Assembly: GCF_006345805.1 (NCBI RefSeq)
Contig: NC_043000.1
Span: 83,824,001 to 83,888,000, forward strand
DNA: 64,000 nucleotides
Source of the DNA: Octopus sinensis
Taxonomy: Eukaryota
Reading direction: 5' to 3'
Positions 24,425 through 36,097 of the stretch are shown here, one piece after another. The stretch's first letter is position 1, and the number at the start of each line of letters is the position of its first letter. The position numbers and the translations under genes are program-made. A model generated the notes under the pieces. It made no database searches, was not told the DNA's origin, and saw only the letters and a list, made by a program, of their open reading frames with translations.

Positions 24425-24985
24425 GGCACAAGTGTGGCTGTGTGGTAAGAAGCTTGCTTCCTAACTACATGGTTTCAGGTTCAGTCCTACTGGGTGACAC
24501 CTTGGGCATGTTTTCTACTATAGCCTCAAGCTGATCAAAGCTTTGTGAATGGATTTGGTAGACAGAAACTGAAAGAAGCTCTTTGTACATATATATGTGA
24601 GTCTGTGTCTGCATCTGTGTTGGTCCCCTCATCACTGTTTGACAATTGGTGTTGGTGTGCTTACATCCCTGTAACTTAGCAGTTTGGCAAAAAGAGATCA
24701 ATAGAGTAAGTACTAGGCTTTAAAAAATAAGTCCTGGGGTCGATTTGTTTGACTAAAACCCTTCAAATAATAAATCAAAAAACATAAAAATAAACAACCT
24801 TTTGATGGTTTTATAGATATTTCAAAATTATGATTCTAGATGTTTCCATTATTTTGTCCAGACCCTGTATATATACAGGGTACGTAAGATATTTGAGGAC
24901 AAATTTATGTTTATAAAAAAAACAAATATATAGTAACAGATAATAACTGGTCACAGTCAAATGACTGAAACAAATAAAATAAAAA
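24425..24985 (+). mobile_element. SINE family A copy interrupted near its 3' end
   Basis: Matches family A to 24765, resumes at about 24948 (TGGTCACAGTCAAATGACTGAAAC). Confidence 0.82.
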
Positions 24986-25529
24986 AAACAAAAAAAACTT
25001 AAGTAATACTTTTGAGAAAGGTATAAAAGCTACAACTCACATTTCTCCTTCATTTAGTTACACTAATCATCCCAGTTTAATACATTTGCTATTATAGATA
25101 AATATTTAAGCAATAAATATAGATAACTGATGTTTTGATTTTATAATATTTCATTATAGCAGTTCCTTGATAAGGACTTCTTTGACCAAGGCATCTTATC
25201 CAAATGTTAACAAATGGTATGAAAGTTTCAGATGGATGAGATGATAACTTATTGTTTAGCAGTGCAAATATTTTGATCCATGCAATAAGTACAATAACTG
25301 AAGAAAACTTCAATGCAAACATGAAGCCTCCTCTACTACACTCACTTAAAAGGTCTCAGAAAGGAGGCTTCATAAATCATCAGCTAGATGTCTTGATTCA
25401 GAGCCAATCACTGGTTACTGAACACAGTTTGCTTTGATGTTTACGTTTGATGCCTTGTTGTACTCAGCTTTGGCCATGAGGTAAAGCTTAGAAAAAAATG
25501 AGAAACTGAGGCTGCCTTTTCTTATATTC

Positions 25530-25860
25530 AAAAATCAAATGGAAATTGTCGTTGTGATACCTGTGCCAGTGGAACGTAAAAAGCACTATCCGAACATGGC
25601 CGATGCCAGCACCACCTTGACTGGCTTCCATGCCGGTGGCACGTAAAAAGCACCAACTGATCGTGGCCATTGCCAGCTCTCCCTGGCACGTAAAAAGCAC
25701 CCACTACACTCACGGAGTGGTTGGCGTTAGAAAGGGCATCAAGCTGTAGAAACACTGCCAGACCAGACTGGAGCCTGGTGCAGCCTCCTGGCTTCCCAGA
25801 CCTTGGTCAAACCGTCCAACCCATGTTAGCATGGAAAACGGACGTTAAACGATGATGATG
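25530..25860 (+). mobile_element. RTE 3'-UTR/terminus fragment
   Basis: Three GGCACGTAAAAAGCACC modules, shared terminus, GACGTTAAACGATGATGATG tail. Confidence 0.85.
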
Positions 25861-25966
25861 ACTGATTGAGGACAAAAGATTCGTCTATAAGAATCCTTTC
25901 CTTGTCCACTAAAAGACATGATACAAGGGGACACTTGCAAACTGCTGAACATTTGATAAGACTTAC

Positions 25967-26134
25967 AGCTTTGAATTAATTATGGTATCTGTAATTCTTT
26001 CAACCAGTGTCAGTCCTTCTTCTTTGGTGGTACTATTCAAGGAGATTTCTGAAGAATGTTTGTCTATCTCTTCATCTATCAATGGACCAAGAATGCTTTC
26101 TACCTGTCTTCTTAGCTGCTTCACAAAACCAAGC
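25967..26134 (-). CDS. TBC1D32: TBC1D32 coding exon 2 (168 nt, phase 2-2)
   Basis: Acceptor tttgtttctttattcag|G, donor CT|gtaagt. Encodes LGFVKQLRRQVESILGPLIDEEIDK...ITDTIINSK, resembling BROMI [25 protein letters not shown]. Phase matches exon 1. Confidence 0.88.
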
Positions 26135-28139
26135 CTGAATAAAGAAACAAACACAAATACATGATTTGAAACATTCATATTTATATTTTGATTACTTTTC
26201 TACTTTCAATAAAGAAGGGGATGATCAGTATATTCCATATTCTCATAAGTTATGAAAGTTTACTTATGTCGAAATGGATATCCTTGCATTCTTATGTTTC
26301 TAATATACAGTATAATTGTTACAGAATGCTTGATTCCAATGATGTATATATTGTTATGCTTGGGGATGGTCATCTTTTGTCAATTAAACACACACACTAT
26401 TTATTTGATCTTCACTTTAGTTTTATTATTATTATTATTATTATTTTTAGCTTATTTGCCTGTCAAAGTTCTTACATCACACATCCTGTAACCTCTTCAG
26501 TGATTTTCTGTCCCCTGTGTCACCTCTTGTCCTGCCTATTCCATTTTGTCTTTCTGTGGATACCAGGAAGGTGACTAAACAAACTAAAAGTAATAATGAT
26601 ACAACTTAAAGCAAAGATCAAATAAATAGATGACCATTGCCAAGTTTAACAATATCTGTTTCAACAGACGGTTTCACATCAAGAATCTTGCAAAACAAAT
26701 ACATAAATGTAATATATATATAATTGTCACATAAACAAAACACATTCAGTATGTGACATTTACCATTATTACAGCTGTCTATAATTCAAAATTTAATTTT
26801 GCTTCATTTGTGCAGCGCTGTTGCATATCAGCAGATAGACTTTACATATTTGCACATATATATATACCTCAGACCAGTGATTCCAACTCATTTTGAGGTG
26901 ACTCAAGTATACGATGCTGAAGAGCTGAAATAAAAGCAAAATATCAATATCCATTGTTCCTGTTTGCCTACAAAGTTGTCTCACCTGATTTGCAGTATTC
27001 TGTGTTTTTTAACACTTGGTGCCTTAAAGGGACTTTTCTCCTGACACTATCCTGCAGTTAATAAGCTTATGAACAAAACACATACATTCAGTATGTAACG
27101 TTGGTAATGTTTACATTATAAGAACTGCTTGTAATTCAAAATTTAATTTTGTTTTGAAAACAGTAAAGGTGTGGCATGTAATATCCAAGATAGAGGCTGT
27201 ATATACATCACCTGCATTAAGTAAATCTTTAATGTACATTGACCAGCTGGAGAATCTGAAGAAAGACTGTCCATAATTCAGCAGGGATATAAAATGTTAA
27301 TGGTATTAGATACATGTGTATTTACTTTGGCAATACATATTCTAAAAAGGGATTACAAACATGTATCCTTGTTTGGCAGTACATGTTCTAAATAGGGGAT
27401 TAGATATATGGGAAAGAAACATAGAAGGTCTGACTTCGGCTGCACAAGGTTTATGCCACAAAAGTAACAACAAAAATACAATGGGGCTAACATCAACTAC
27501 CTAGTAATTAGTCAGAACAGAGAAACTACACATTATGTAATCAGAACAGAGAAACAACTGACCACATAATTTCTTGCTGGATAGGACAGGCAGCTATATC
27601 CCTTGAGTGTTATGCTAATACTTTGCTGAAAGCTGAGAAGTGATATAAGCATACAAACTGGAAATCATTTGAATAGACTGACAAGGCAAAGAAGCAAACT
27701 ATCAAGATATCACAATGAATGAAAGGAATGCAAATTTTTGTGCTGTGATGGACATCTCAATATTATCCTGACTAGATATCCCACCAAAAAGAAGTCAAAA
27801 AACAAAGTACAAGATTCTTGAAATGGAAAAGCAAACTTGAGCAGAACAGGTGAGTCAAAAAAAAGTTATCCCTACTCAGTACAACTTACATTCTATGGAA
27901 GACACTTTCAGTTCAATAGTATAACTCACAGAGTACATTTTCTGCACAGTTATACCCTAATACTATAACACAACCCATGCAGCAGCAAATATGTGACTCA
28001 ATGAAATAACAGTAGCAATATAACACTTCTACAAATGATACCTGTAACAATATAAATCCTGTAGTACAATTTAGATGTATAATACAAATACTTTCCCAAA
28101 ATCCACAAAAGTTAGTAGCATACACACACCACACATCAG

Positions 28140-28893
28140 GAATACAGATGTATATTAGATTGTGTAGAAGCCAAACAGAGTGGATATCAAAGAAAATAAG
28201 ATTAAGAAATATTAGGACCTAGCTATAGAGGTGAAGAGATTGTGCATGACAAAGTAGAGAATCATTCCTGTGGTAATTGGGACACTTGGCACTACAGCCA
28301 AAATGCTCCCTATGAGGCTGAAATATATTGAAGTTGAGATGCACATTGTTCACCTGCATAAAAGTGCTATCATGTATGCTGCAAGAACTTGAGATCTGAG
28401 GAGACGTGTCACCAAACCTCAGGATAACATCCCTGCTAACTAATGTTGTAGGATTTTTACATTCAAATTGATGGAGTAATAGAAGCTAGAAGGCCTGATT
28501 TAGCTGCTGTATACAAAGAGAATAGAAAGTGCCATTTACAGTCCCAAATGATGAGAAAGACAATATGAGAGATAATATAGAGAAAATAGCAAAGTGCCAG
28601 GACCTAGCCATTGAGTTACAAAGGTTAAAGAAAGTGTGGGTAAAATATATCCCTGTAGTTATAGGTGCATTAGGAACTATTCCTAAAGATTTTAACAGAT
28701 CGATAGAGGAAATAGGCATAAAACCTAGTTTAGTACAGATCCAGTAAACAGTATTATTAGGGACAGCTAGGATTACTTAGGAAGAGTCTTGGTATCTAAG
28801 GTTACTTGTTGTAGCTTGATGGTAGGTAGGAATTATTCTTTTCCAACAGTTTAATCTGTTGTGTGATATGAAATAATAATAGTAATAATAATA
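28140..28893 (+). mobile_element. Two tandem 3' remnants of restriction-like-endonuclease (R4/Dong-type) LINEs
   Basis: RPD...EKIAKCQDLAIELQRL...IPVVIGALGTIPK...IQ*TVLLGTARI (28490-28780), and an older copy K-I-KKY*DLAIEVKRL...IIPVVIGTLG (28190-28390). (TAA)n tail. Confidence 0.75.
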
Positions 28894-29109
28894 ATCCTTC
28901 CTGCTAAAGGCACAAGGCCTGAAATTTGGGGGGAGGGGACTAGTCAATTACATCAAACCTAGTGTTTCACTGGTACTTAATTCACTGACCCTGAAAGGCT
29001 GAAATCAAAGCCGACCTCGATAGAATATGAACTCAGAACATGACAACAAACGAAATACAGCTAAGCATTTCACTCAGCATGCTAATGATTCTACCAGCTC
29101 ACTGCCTTG

Positions 29110-29149
<40 letters not shown>

Positions 29150-29151
<2 letters not shown>

Positions 29152-29690
29152 TGCAATACCAGGCAGTGGCTCTCATGGCTTCCGATCTTAACTGATTGGA
29201 AGTGTTATGATGTACATGGTTTTATCTTCATATAAAAGACGGGCTACAGCAAATATTCTGCTCAATGCCAAAGATTTGCTTGACCGTAACCAGCTGAGCA
29301 TGTCCCTTAGAAGCTGACAATATGTACATCTCTAACCATGAGCAGAAGTAGTGGGGGAGCATCATAGCCATGTGTGGAGAGGAATTCTTTGGAGTTTGGA
29401 TATTTCACCTTTGGAAACATGGGTGTTTTGTTCAACATCTTTTTACAACCCTTATTCTGGGATCTTTTGAGTGGGATGGGCCACTTGACATGAAAAAAAT
29501 TCTAACTGGGCCCCAACCTGCAAAGTCATGTGCTGTTTATCTTGATATGAGATCACTCTATCGTGCACATTGTAATGCATGTGCTTGGTGTATCCTTATC
29601 AGACGGGTAGTTATGATGGATATACTGGGCTTCGTATATTTTACCCCAGTGTCACTTTGATGGCATGCACTGCTCTCTCAATCAATAATA
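29150..29690. mobile_element. Unclassified ~540-bp interspersed repeat next to a (TAA)n array
   Basis: Internal part recurs at about 35115-35275 (ATGAGCAGAAGTAGT...CATAGCCATGTGT); no coding motif recognised. Confidence 0.6.
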
Positions 29691-31516
29691 GCTATTTTTA
29701 AAAAAATACTTTTTTCTTACCTTCTTCCCTTTTTTCTACCACATGCCTGTAAATGAACAATCTAGTATGTTTATTTTAATGGCCTACCAATGTATACAGG
29801 GAGTTTCTTTGCCTAGGCATCAGGAAGACACTTGGCAAGAAATGGAAACAAAATTGAAATAAGAGAATAATGATAATAATAAGAAGAAGAATTTCTCATT
29901 CTGTGGTTCAGCCTAGATCAACTTAGATAGATCAAGCTAAGTGAGATCAATCTTAGCCTGGAACATGTAATTAATTTAATGTTTATTATACTTGAGAACT
30001 GACTGTATGACTGCCTTGCTCTAGGATTCATAGGCCAGACATCTCACAGATCTGATAAATAACATTGAAAGTCATGAAAGTAGTGGTTATTTAAGTCTGT
30101 GTATCATCATCAGTAGGAACAAAATCAACAATAGCAATAGTAATAAGGTATTGTGCTAGCAGAATTGTCAGTGCCATGGAAAAAATACTTTGTGGTATTT
30201 TCATTTGGCACTTGACATTCTAGATTGAAATCTCACCAAGGCCAGCTTTTACTGGCATACATCGGTTGATGTTATCTTCTCAGCTTTAATAACCTTACAA
30301 TGTAAAGATTTACAAGATGTGAAACTAAGACATTATCTCCTACATTGGTTTCAAATGTAGGCACAAGGCCAGTAGGTTCGAGAGAGGGGTTAAGTCAATT
30401 ACACTGACTCCAATACTCAAATGATACTTATCTTATCAACCCCCAAAAGGACGGAAAGCAAAGTCAACCTTGGTGGAATTTGAACTCAGAACCTAAAGAT
30501 GGATGAAATGCCACTAAGCGTCTTGCCCAGTGTGCTATCGATTCTCCCATAAGTGTCTTCTATATTAGCACCATACTCTACAATTTGTTCTCATCAAGAT
30601 GCTGAGTTCTGTGAGTTTAACAAGTCAATAGTTTTACACACACACACGCATATATCATCATCTTCTATTGTGCATGTTCTATGATGACATGGGTTGGATG
30701 GTTTGACAGGATCCATTGGGCCCAAGGACTGCATTGTGCTCCAATGTCTACTTAAGCATGTTTCTTAAGGCTGGATGCCCTTCCTAATGTCAGCTACTTT
30801 ACAGTATGTATCAGAGGGAATTTTTGTGGCACCAGCACTAGTGAGGTCACCATGCAGCCTACAGTACAATGGGGTTACAGTACAGAGGGGAAACAAATTC
30901 AAGCTAGGAAACGAAAGGTTAATGTATGAGAGAAGGAGCCGAAATAGAACAGGTTTCTTATTATAGAGGTGCTACATGGCTACACACATTATAGAAGAGT
31001 GGACGAGAGCAACTGGAGAGGAGCTGAAACAAGCTGAAATAGTCATGATGAGGTGTCAAGGTGGATCCTCAAGGTATGGGGTGAGTAGAAGTGAGTAAGA
31101 CAAGAGAAAAGGAAATGAGGGGCAGACAGGGGATGCAAGAGTGTATGGGAGAGTGAGAGATGCCAAAAATAGGGGATGGATGAGGGAATGAATACAATAA
31201 ATGAAGAATAAGTATCCATTGGAGGGAAGGTAAGGGAGAGTAGATGATGACTCTCAAGACTGGGTAGGATTGAGGGATGGATACAGTGAGTGGTGAGAGG
31301 GTGTGAGGTGATTAATAATACATGAGTACAATATGTTATACAACTTGAGGATACACCATTACCATCTCCTCTCTCTTATTCCAGCTTAGGAAGCCATGTA
31401 CCTCCTCTTCAGGAAGACACCTGTGCCTGTTTCACTACTCATACTTTCACTTACTTCAATTCTATATCCTACATATTCTTCAACTGAGGAATCTTTTCAT
31501 GTGGATACTTAGTGAA

Positions 31517-31922
31517 GGCACAGGAGTGGCTGTGTGGTAAGTAGCTTGTTTACCAACCATATGGTTCCGGGTTCATTCCCACTGCATGGCACCTTGGGCA
31601 AGTGTCTTCTACTATAGCCTCGGGCCGACCAAAGCCTTGTGAGTGGATTTGGTAGACAGAAACTGAAAGAAGCCTGTCGTATATATGTATATATATATGC
31701 ATGTGTGTGTGCATGTTTGTGTGTCTGTGTTTGTCCCCTCCTCCCCAACATCACTTGACAACCAATGGTGGTGTGTTTACGTCCCCGTAACTTAGTGGTT
31801 CAGCAAAAGTGACCGATAGAATAAGTACTAGACTTGCAAAGAATAAGTCCTGGGCTCGATTTACTCGACTAAAGGTGGTGCTTCAGCATGGCCACAGTTA
31901 TGACTGAAACAAACAAAAGAGA
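31517..31922 (+). mobile_element. tRNA-derived SINE family A, full-length representative
   Basis: A box TGGCTGTGTGG, B box GGTTCATTCCC, CORE-like CCTTGGGCAAGTGTCTT, central (TA)/(TG) tract. Other copies at about 885-1243(-), 5690-5975(-), 6045-6180(+), 13630-13780(-), 15040-15190(-), 24425-24985(+), 44485-44800(+), 45040-45378(-), 48000-48370(-), and a split copy 52296-55440(+). Confidence 0.88.
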
Positions 31923-31947
31923 ATGAGGCAATGTCTTGAAAAAAATG

Positions 31948-32110
31948 ACCCAGTACACTTTCTAAATTAGTTGTTGTTAGGAAGGGCATCTAGCTGTAGA
32001 AACTATACCAAAGCAGACATTGGAACTTGATGTAGTCCATTGGCTCATCAGCTCCTGTTGGACCATCCAACCCATGCAAGCATGGAAAATGGGCATGAAA
32101 TGATGATGAT
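31948..32110 (+). mobile_element. RTE terminus fragment
   Basis: GTTAGGAAGGGCATCTAGCTGTAGAAAC...CCAACCCATGCAAGCATGGAAAATGG plus TGA tail. Confidence 0.75.
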
Positions 32111-32146
32111 ATTGGTATATGTATGTGTGTGTGTATGCGCAAAAAT

Positions 32147-32180
<34 letters not shown>

Positions 32181-32208
32181 AATAAATAAATATATATATA
32201 TATGTGTA

Positions 32209-32259
<51 letters not shown>

Positions 32260-32325
32260 ATATATATATATATAAATAATATATATATATATATATATGT
32301 GTATATTTATATATATATATATATA

Positions 32326-32431
32326 TAATCATTTTAATAAAGAACTTAATTTGAGCAGACAACAATTGGTAAACTAATATTGTACTTACTAGATCTGATG
32401 TTTTATACCTACAAACATACATACATATATA

Positions 32432-32479
<48 letters not shown>

Positions 32480-32491
32480 GTATATATTTAT

Positions 32492-32550
<59 letters not shown>

Positions 32551-33093
32551 CATACACACACACACACACATACACAAATCATTGTTTTACACTGATGATG
32601 ATGAAATAGCCAACAATGAAGAGGATGAAGGGGATAGTGATGGTAGTGGTAATGATGATGATGTATATATATCACCGTGATCACCTTGACCAACCAGGCT
32701 ATCAGATGTTGCTACATATCACTGGTTACAATGTGCTTTGCATTGTTTTAGCCTTCAAATGACGCCACCCCACTGGCTTAAAGAGCAGGCCAACAGAAGA
32801 AAGGGTGAGAGAAAGTTGTGGCGAAAGAACACGGCAGGGATTGCCACCATCCCCTGCCGGAGCCTCGTGCAGCTTTAGGTGTTTTGACTCAATAAACACT
32901 CACAACGCCCGGTCTGAGAATCAAAACCGCGATCCTACGACTGCGAGTCCGCTGCCCTAACCGCTGAGCCATTGCGCCTCCACGATGTATATATATATAC
33001 ATTATATAATACCACTACCATCACTATCCCCTTCATCCTCATCAGTGTAAAACAATGATTTGTGCATGTGTGTGTGTGTATATGTATATATAC

Positions 33094-33125
<32 letters not shown>

Positions 33126-33137
33126 ATAAATATATAC

Positions 33138-33207
<70 letters not shown>

Positions 33208-33302
33208 GTATGTTTGTAGGTATAAAACATCAGATCTAGTAAGTACAATATTAGTTTACCAATAGTTGTCTGCTCAAATTAAGTTCTTTATTAAAATGAT
33301 TA
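32326..33302. repeat. Inverted duplication (arms 32326-32651 and 33010-33302) flanking a SINE
   Basis: About 95 bp of unique sequence is nearly identical in reverse complement, followed by the same microsatellite interruptions and GAGGATGAAGGGGATAGTGATGGTAGTGGTA. Confidence 0.92.
32671..32983 (-). mobile_element. Young tRNA-derived SINE (family C-related head, distinct body)
   Basis: Minus strand GTGGAGGCGCAATGGCTCAGCGGTTAGGGCAGCGGACTCGCAGTCGTAGGATCGCGGTT; CpG-rich. Tail shared with 6415-6500. Confidence 0.82.
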
Positions 33303-34167
33303 GATGAAAGACATTTCTATAATTAAGATCCAGCTCTTCTGTAAGTAAGGTTGAAACAAAAATAATTCTGTTCCATCTTTTGGTAGGTGATATTAGTGAA
33401 ATGTTTTTCCTTCTGGAACAAAAGTACCAGAACCAATAGCAGAACAGACAAAGATTAGATTTATATTGGGATAGTGTTCCAATTACTTCATAGTCCAATA
33501 ATATTTAGTTTTCTCTGGATATGCTGATGAGGGAAATTAATATAATTGTGGATGAGGCCATCTTGATAAGGAAATACATTTGAAATCAATCATCATTTAG
33601 GACCAAACTTCTTTATCTTTCTTATTAAGGTCAGGATATAAATTTTTGTTCATTTCATGAATCTCCTTAATTTGCCTTAATTTCAGCACATGTCTACCAC
33701 CACGCTTAGGTTCATTTATATTTTTGATAAGTAGAATGATTTGGTTTCTGTTCTTTTCAATTATTATTATTATTATCATTATGATTATTATCATATTATT
33801 GATTTTCATATTTTAAAAGAATTGATGTAACTCCTCACAAAGGTAAACAGACAATATGAAGAATGTGATGTGATTTCAATAGATATTTTATTGGCTTGAA
33901 CGATATTTTGACAGCTTGCTTGTCTTTGTCAAGTTTTTTCTTTCTTTTTCTTTTTACCAGTTATAAACTTGAAAATTGAAGGCTGATGATGTCAGTCCAT
34001 CAACATGGGAATACAGGTTGCCCTCCTTAAATTTTTTGAATTTGAATTTCTATAATTTTCAATTTTTAGGTATCACTTTTAATTTTGAACTTGACAAAGA
34101 CAGGCAACCTTTTGAAATATTCAAACCAATAAAATATCTATTGCAATTACATTGTGCGCTTCATATT

Positions 34168-34630
34168 CATCATCATCGTTTAACGTCCATTTTCTATGCT
34201 AGCATAGGTTGGATGGTTTGACCAGGGTCTGGGAAGCCAGGTGGCTGCCCCAGGCTCCAGTCTGATCTGGCAGTGTTTCTACAGCTGATCCACTGCCCTT
34301 CCTAATGCCAACCACTCCATGAGTGTAGTGGGTGCTTTTTATGTGCCAGGGGAGGCTGGCAGTGGCCATGATCAGTTGGTGCTTTTTACGTGCCACTGGC
34401 ACGGAAGCCAATCAAGGCGGCGCTGGCATCGGCCATGTTTGGATGGTGCTTTTTATGTGCCACCGGCACAGGTATCACAACTACAATTTCCATTTGATTT
34501 TTATTTTGATGTTGACGTACTTGACTCAATAGGTCGCCTCAAGCACAGCAGGTCGCCCTATGGTCCAAGGTAAGCACAGCAGACTGTCCTGCAATCCAAG
34601 GTACTTTGGATGGGCTGGTGCAGGAAACAG
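34168..34630 (-). mobile_element. RTE 3'-UTR/terminus fragment, same subfamily as 25530-25860
   Basis: 34168-34502 is the reverse complement of 25531-25860, differing mostly by CpG transitions. Confidence 0.85.
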
Positions 34631-35546
34631 CCATGAACTCATGTTTGTCTATGATTATTACTTTTAATTATTATAATTATTTAAGGCAGCAAGCTGCACA
34701 CTGGGCAAAATGCTTAGTAGCATTTTGTTTGTCTTTATCTTCTAAGTTCCAATACCACTGAGGTCGACTTTGCCTTTCATGGTTTTGGAGTTGATGAAAT
34801 AAATACCAGTTGTGTACTGGGGGTCAATATAATCAACTAGCCCTTCCCTCAAACTTTCAGGCCTTGTGCCTTCAGAAGAAAGGATTATTATTATTACTGT
34901 TACACTGTGTAACAAAACTTTTATTTTTTTCTTATCTCTGGTCAGCAAGTGCTATTTCCTATTTGCTTCTATCTAGAAATCAAAGGAAATGACTACTGTT
35001 TCCTTCAAACTCTGCTCTTGTGACCTGAACATCAATGTTTTGAAACTGATCTATTTATCATTAGATTTCAGACAGATTCAGTGCCTACTTGCTAAAGAAG
35101 AAATATCATTATAAGAAATATTCTGCACATTACCACAGATCTGCTTGTCAGTTGCTCAACGTTAACCACTTAAGTATGTACATTAGTGGCTGACAATATG
35201 TGCATCTCTGATTATGAGCAGAAGTAGTTGAGAAGTGTCATAGCCATGTGTTAAAAGGGATTCTTTGGGGTTTACTTTCTAGGGGTTAGTGAAGAGGAAT
35301 TAACAGTTGCTACCCAAGGACAAAAATCATGTTACGCAGTGTTATTATTGTTGTTAAGGTGATGAGCTGGCACATGGAACAAATGCTTTATGACATTTTG
35401 TCTGTCTTTATGTTCTGAGTTCAGATGCTGCCAAAGTTGTGTTTGCCTGTTGTCCTTTTGGGGGTCAATGAAATAAGCACCAGTTGAGTACTGAGATTGG
35501 TATAATCAACTTAACCCCTATCCTGAAATTTCTGGCCTAGTACCAA

Positions 35547-36097
35547 AAAGTTTGTGCCAATTTTTAAAGGAAAGAAAAAGGTCAATAAATACTTGCCATT
35601 ACATTTTTAATCAACCAAATATAAACCATTTTGTTGCACAATGCATCTCCATCTTTCCTTTAACTTGAAAATACCCTCTTCCCAGAATTGAGGGGGTTTC
35701 ATGGCAAAGAATTCATCAAGGTATCTTTTTATGTCATCCAAGGAATTGAAATTTTTACCATTAAGACTATTCTGCAGAGACCTGAATAAGTGGAAATCTG
35801 AAGGAGTAACATCTGGTGAATATGGAGGGTGGGGTAACATATCCCAGGCTAGCTGCAGCAATTTTTGTCTGGTTCCCAAAGCATCAAATGCCAAAAATGA
35901 ATTTTCTTATCTTCCACTTTAAAGGGTTGCAGAATTAACACAGGTTATAGGAACATAAACCTTTTTCTACAAAAATAGCTTAAACTGTGTTCTAAATGGA
36001 AGTGTAGTCAAATCCTATTTTATGGACTCAACCATGTTCTAAAATAAGTTGAAAGGAAAGCTACTATAAATCGGCATGAACTTTCCGGACAACCCAA
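35547..36097 (-). mobile_element. mariner (DD34D) internally deleted copy
   Basis: LPHPPYSPDVTPSDFHLFRSLQNSL...WEEGIFKLKERW. TIR TTGGGTTGTCCGGAAAGTTCATGCCGATTT ends at 36097 followed by TA; partial opposite TIR near 35547. Confidence 0.85.

Noticed and set aside
33524-33590. CTGATGAG...GAAA as another hammerhead
   Set aside because: No convincing stem II or III could be drawn; at most a decayed remnant.
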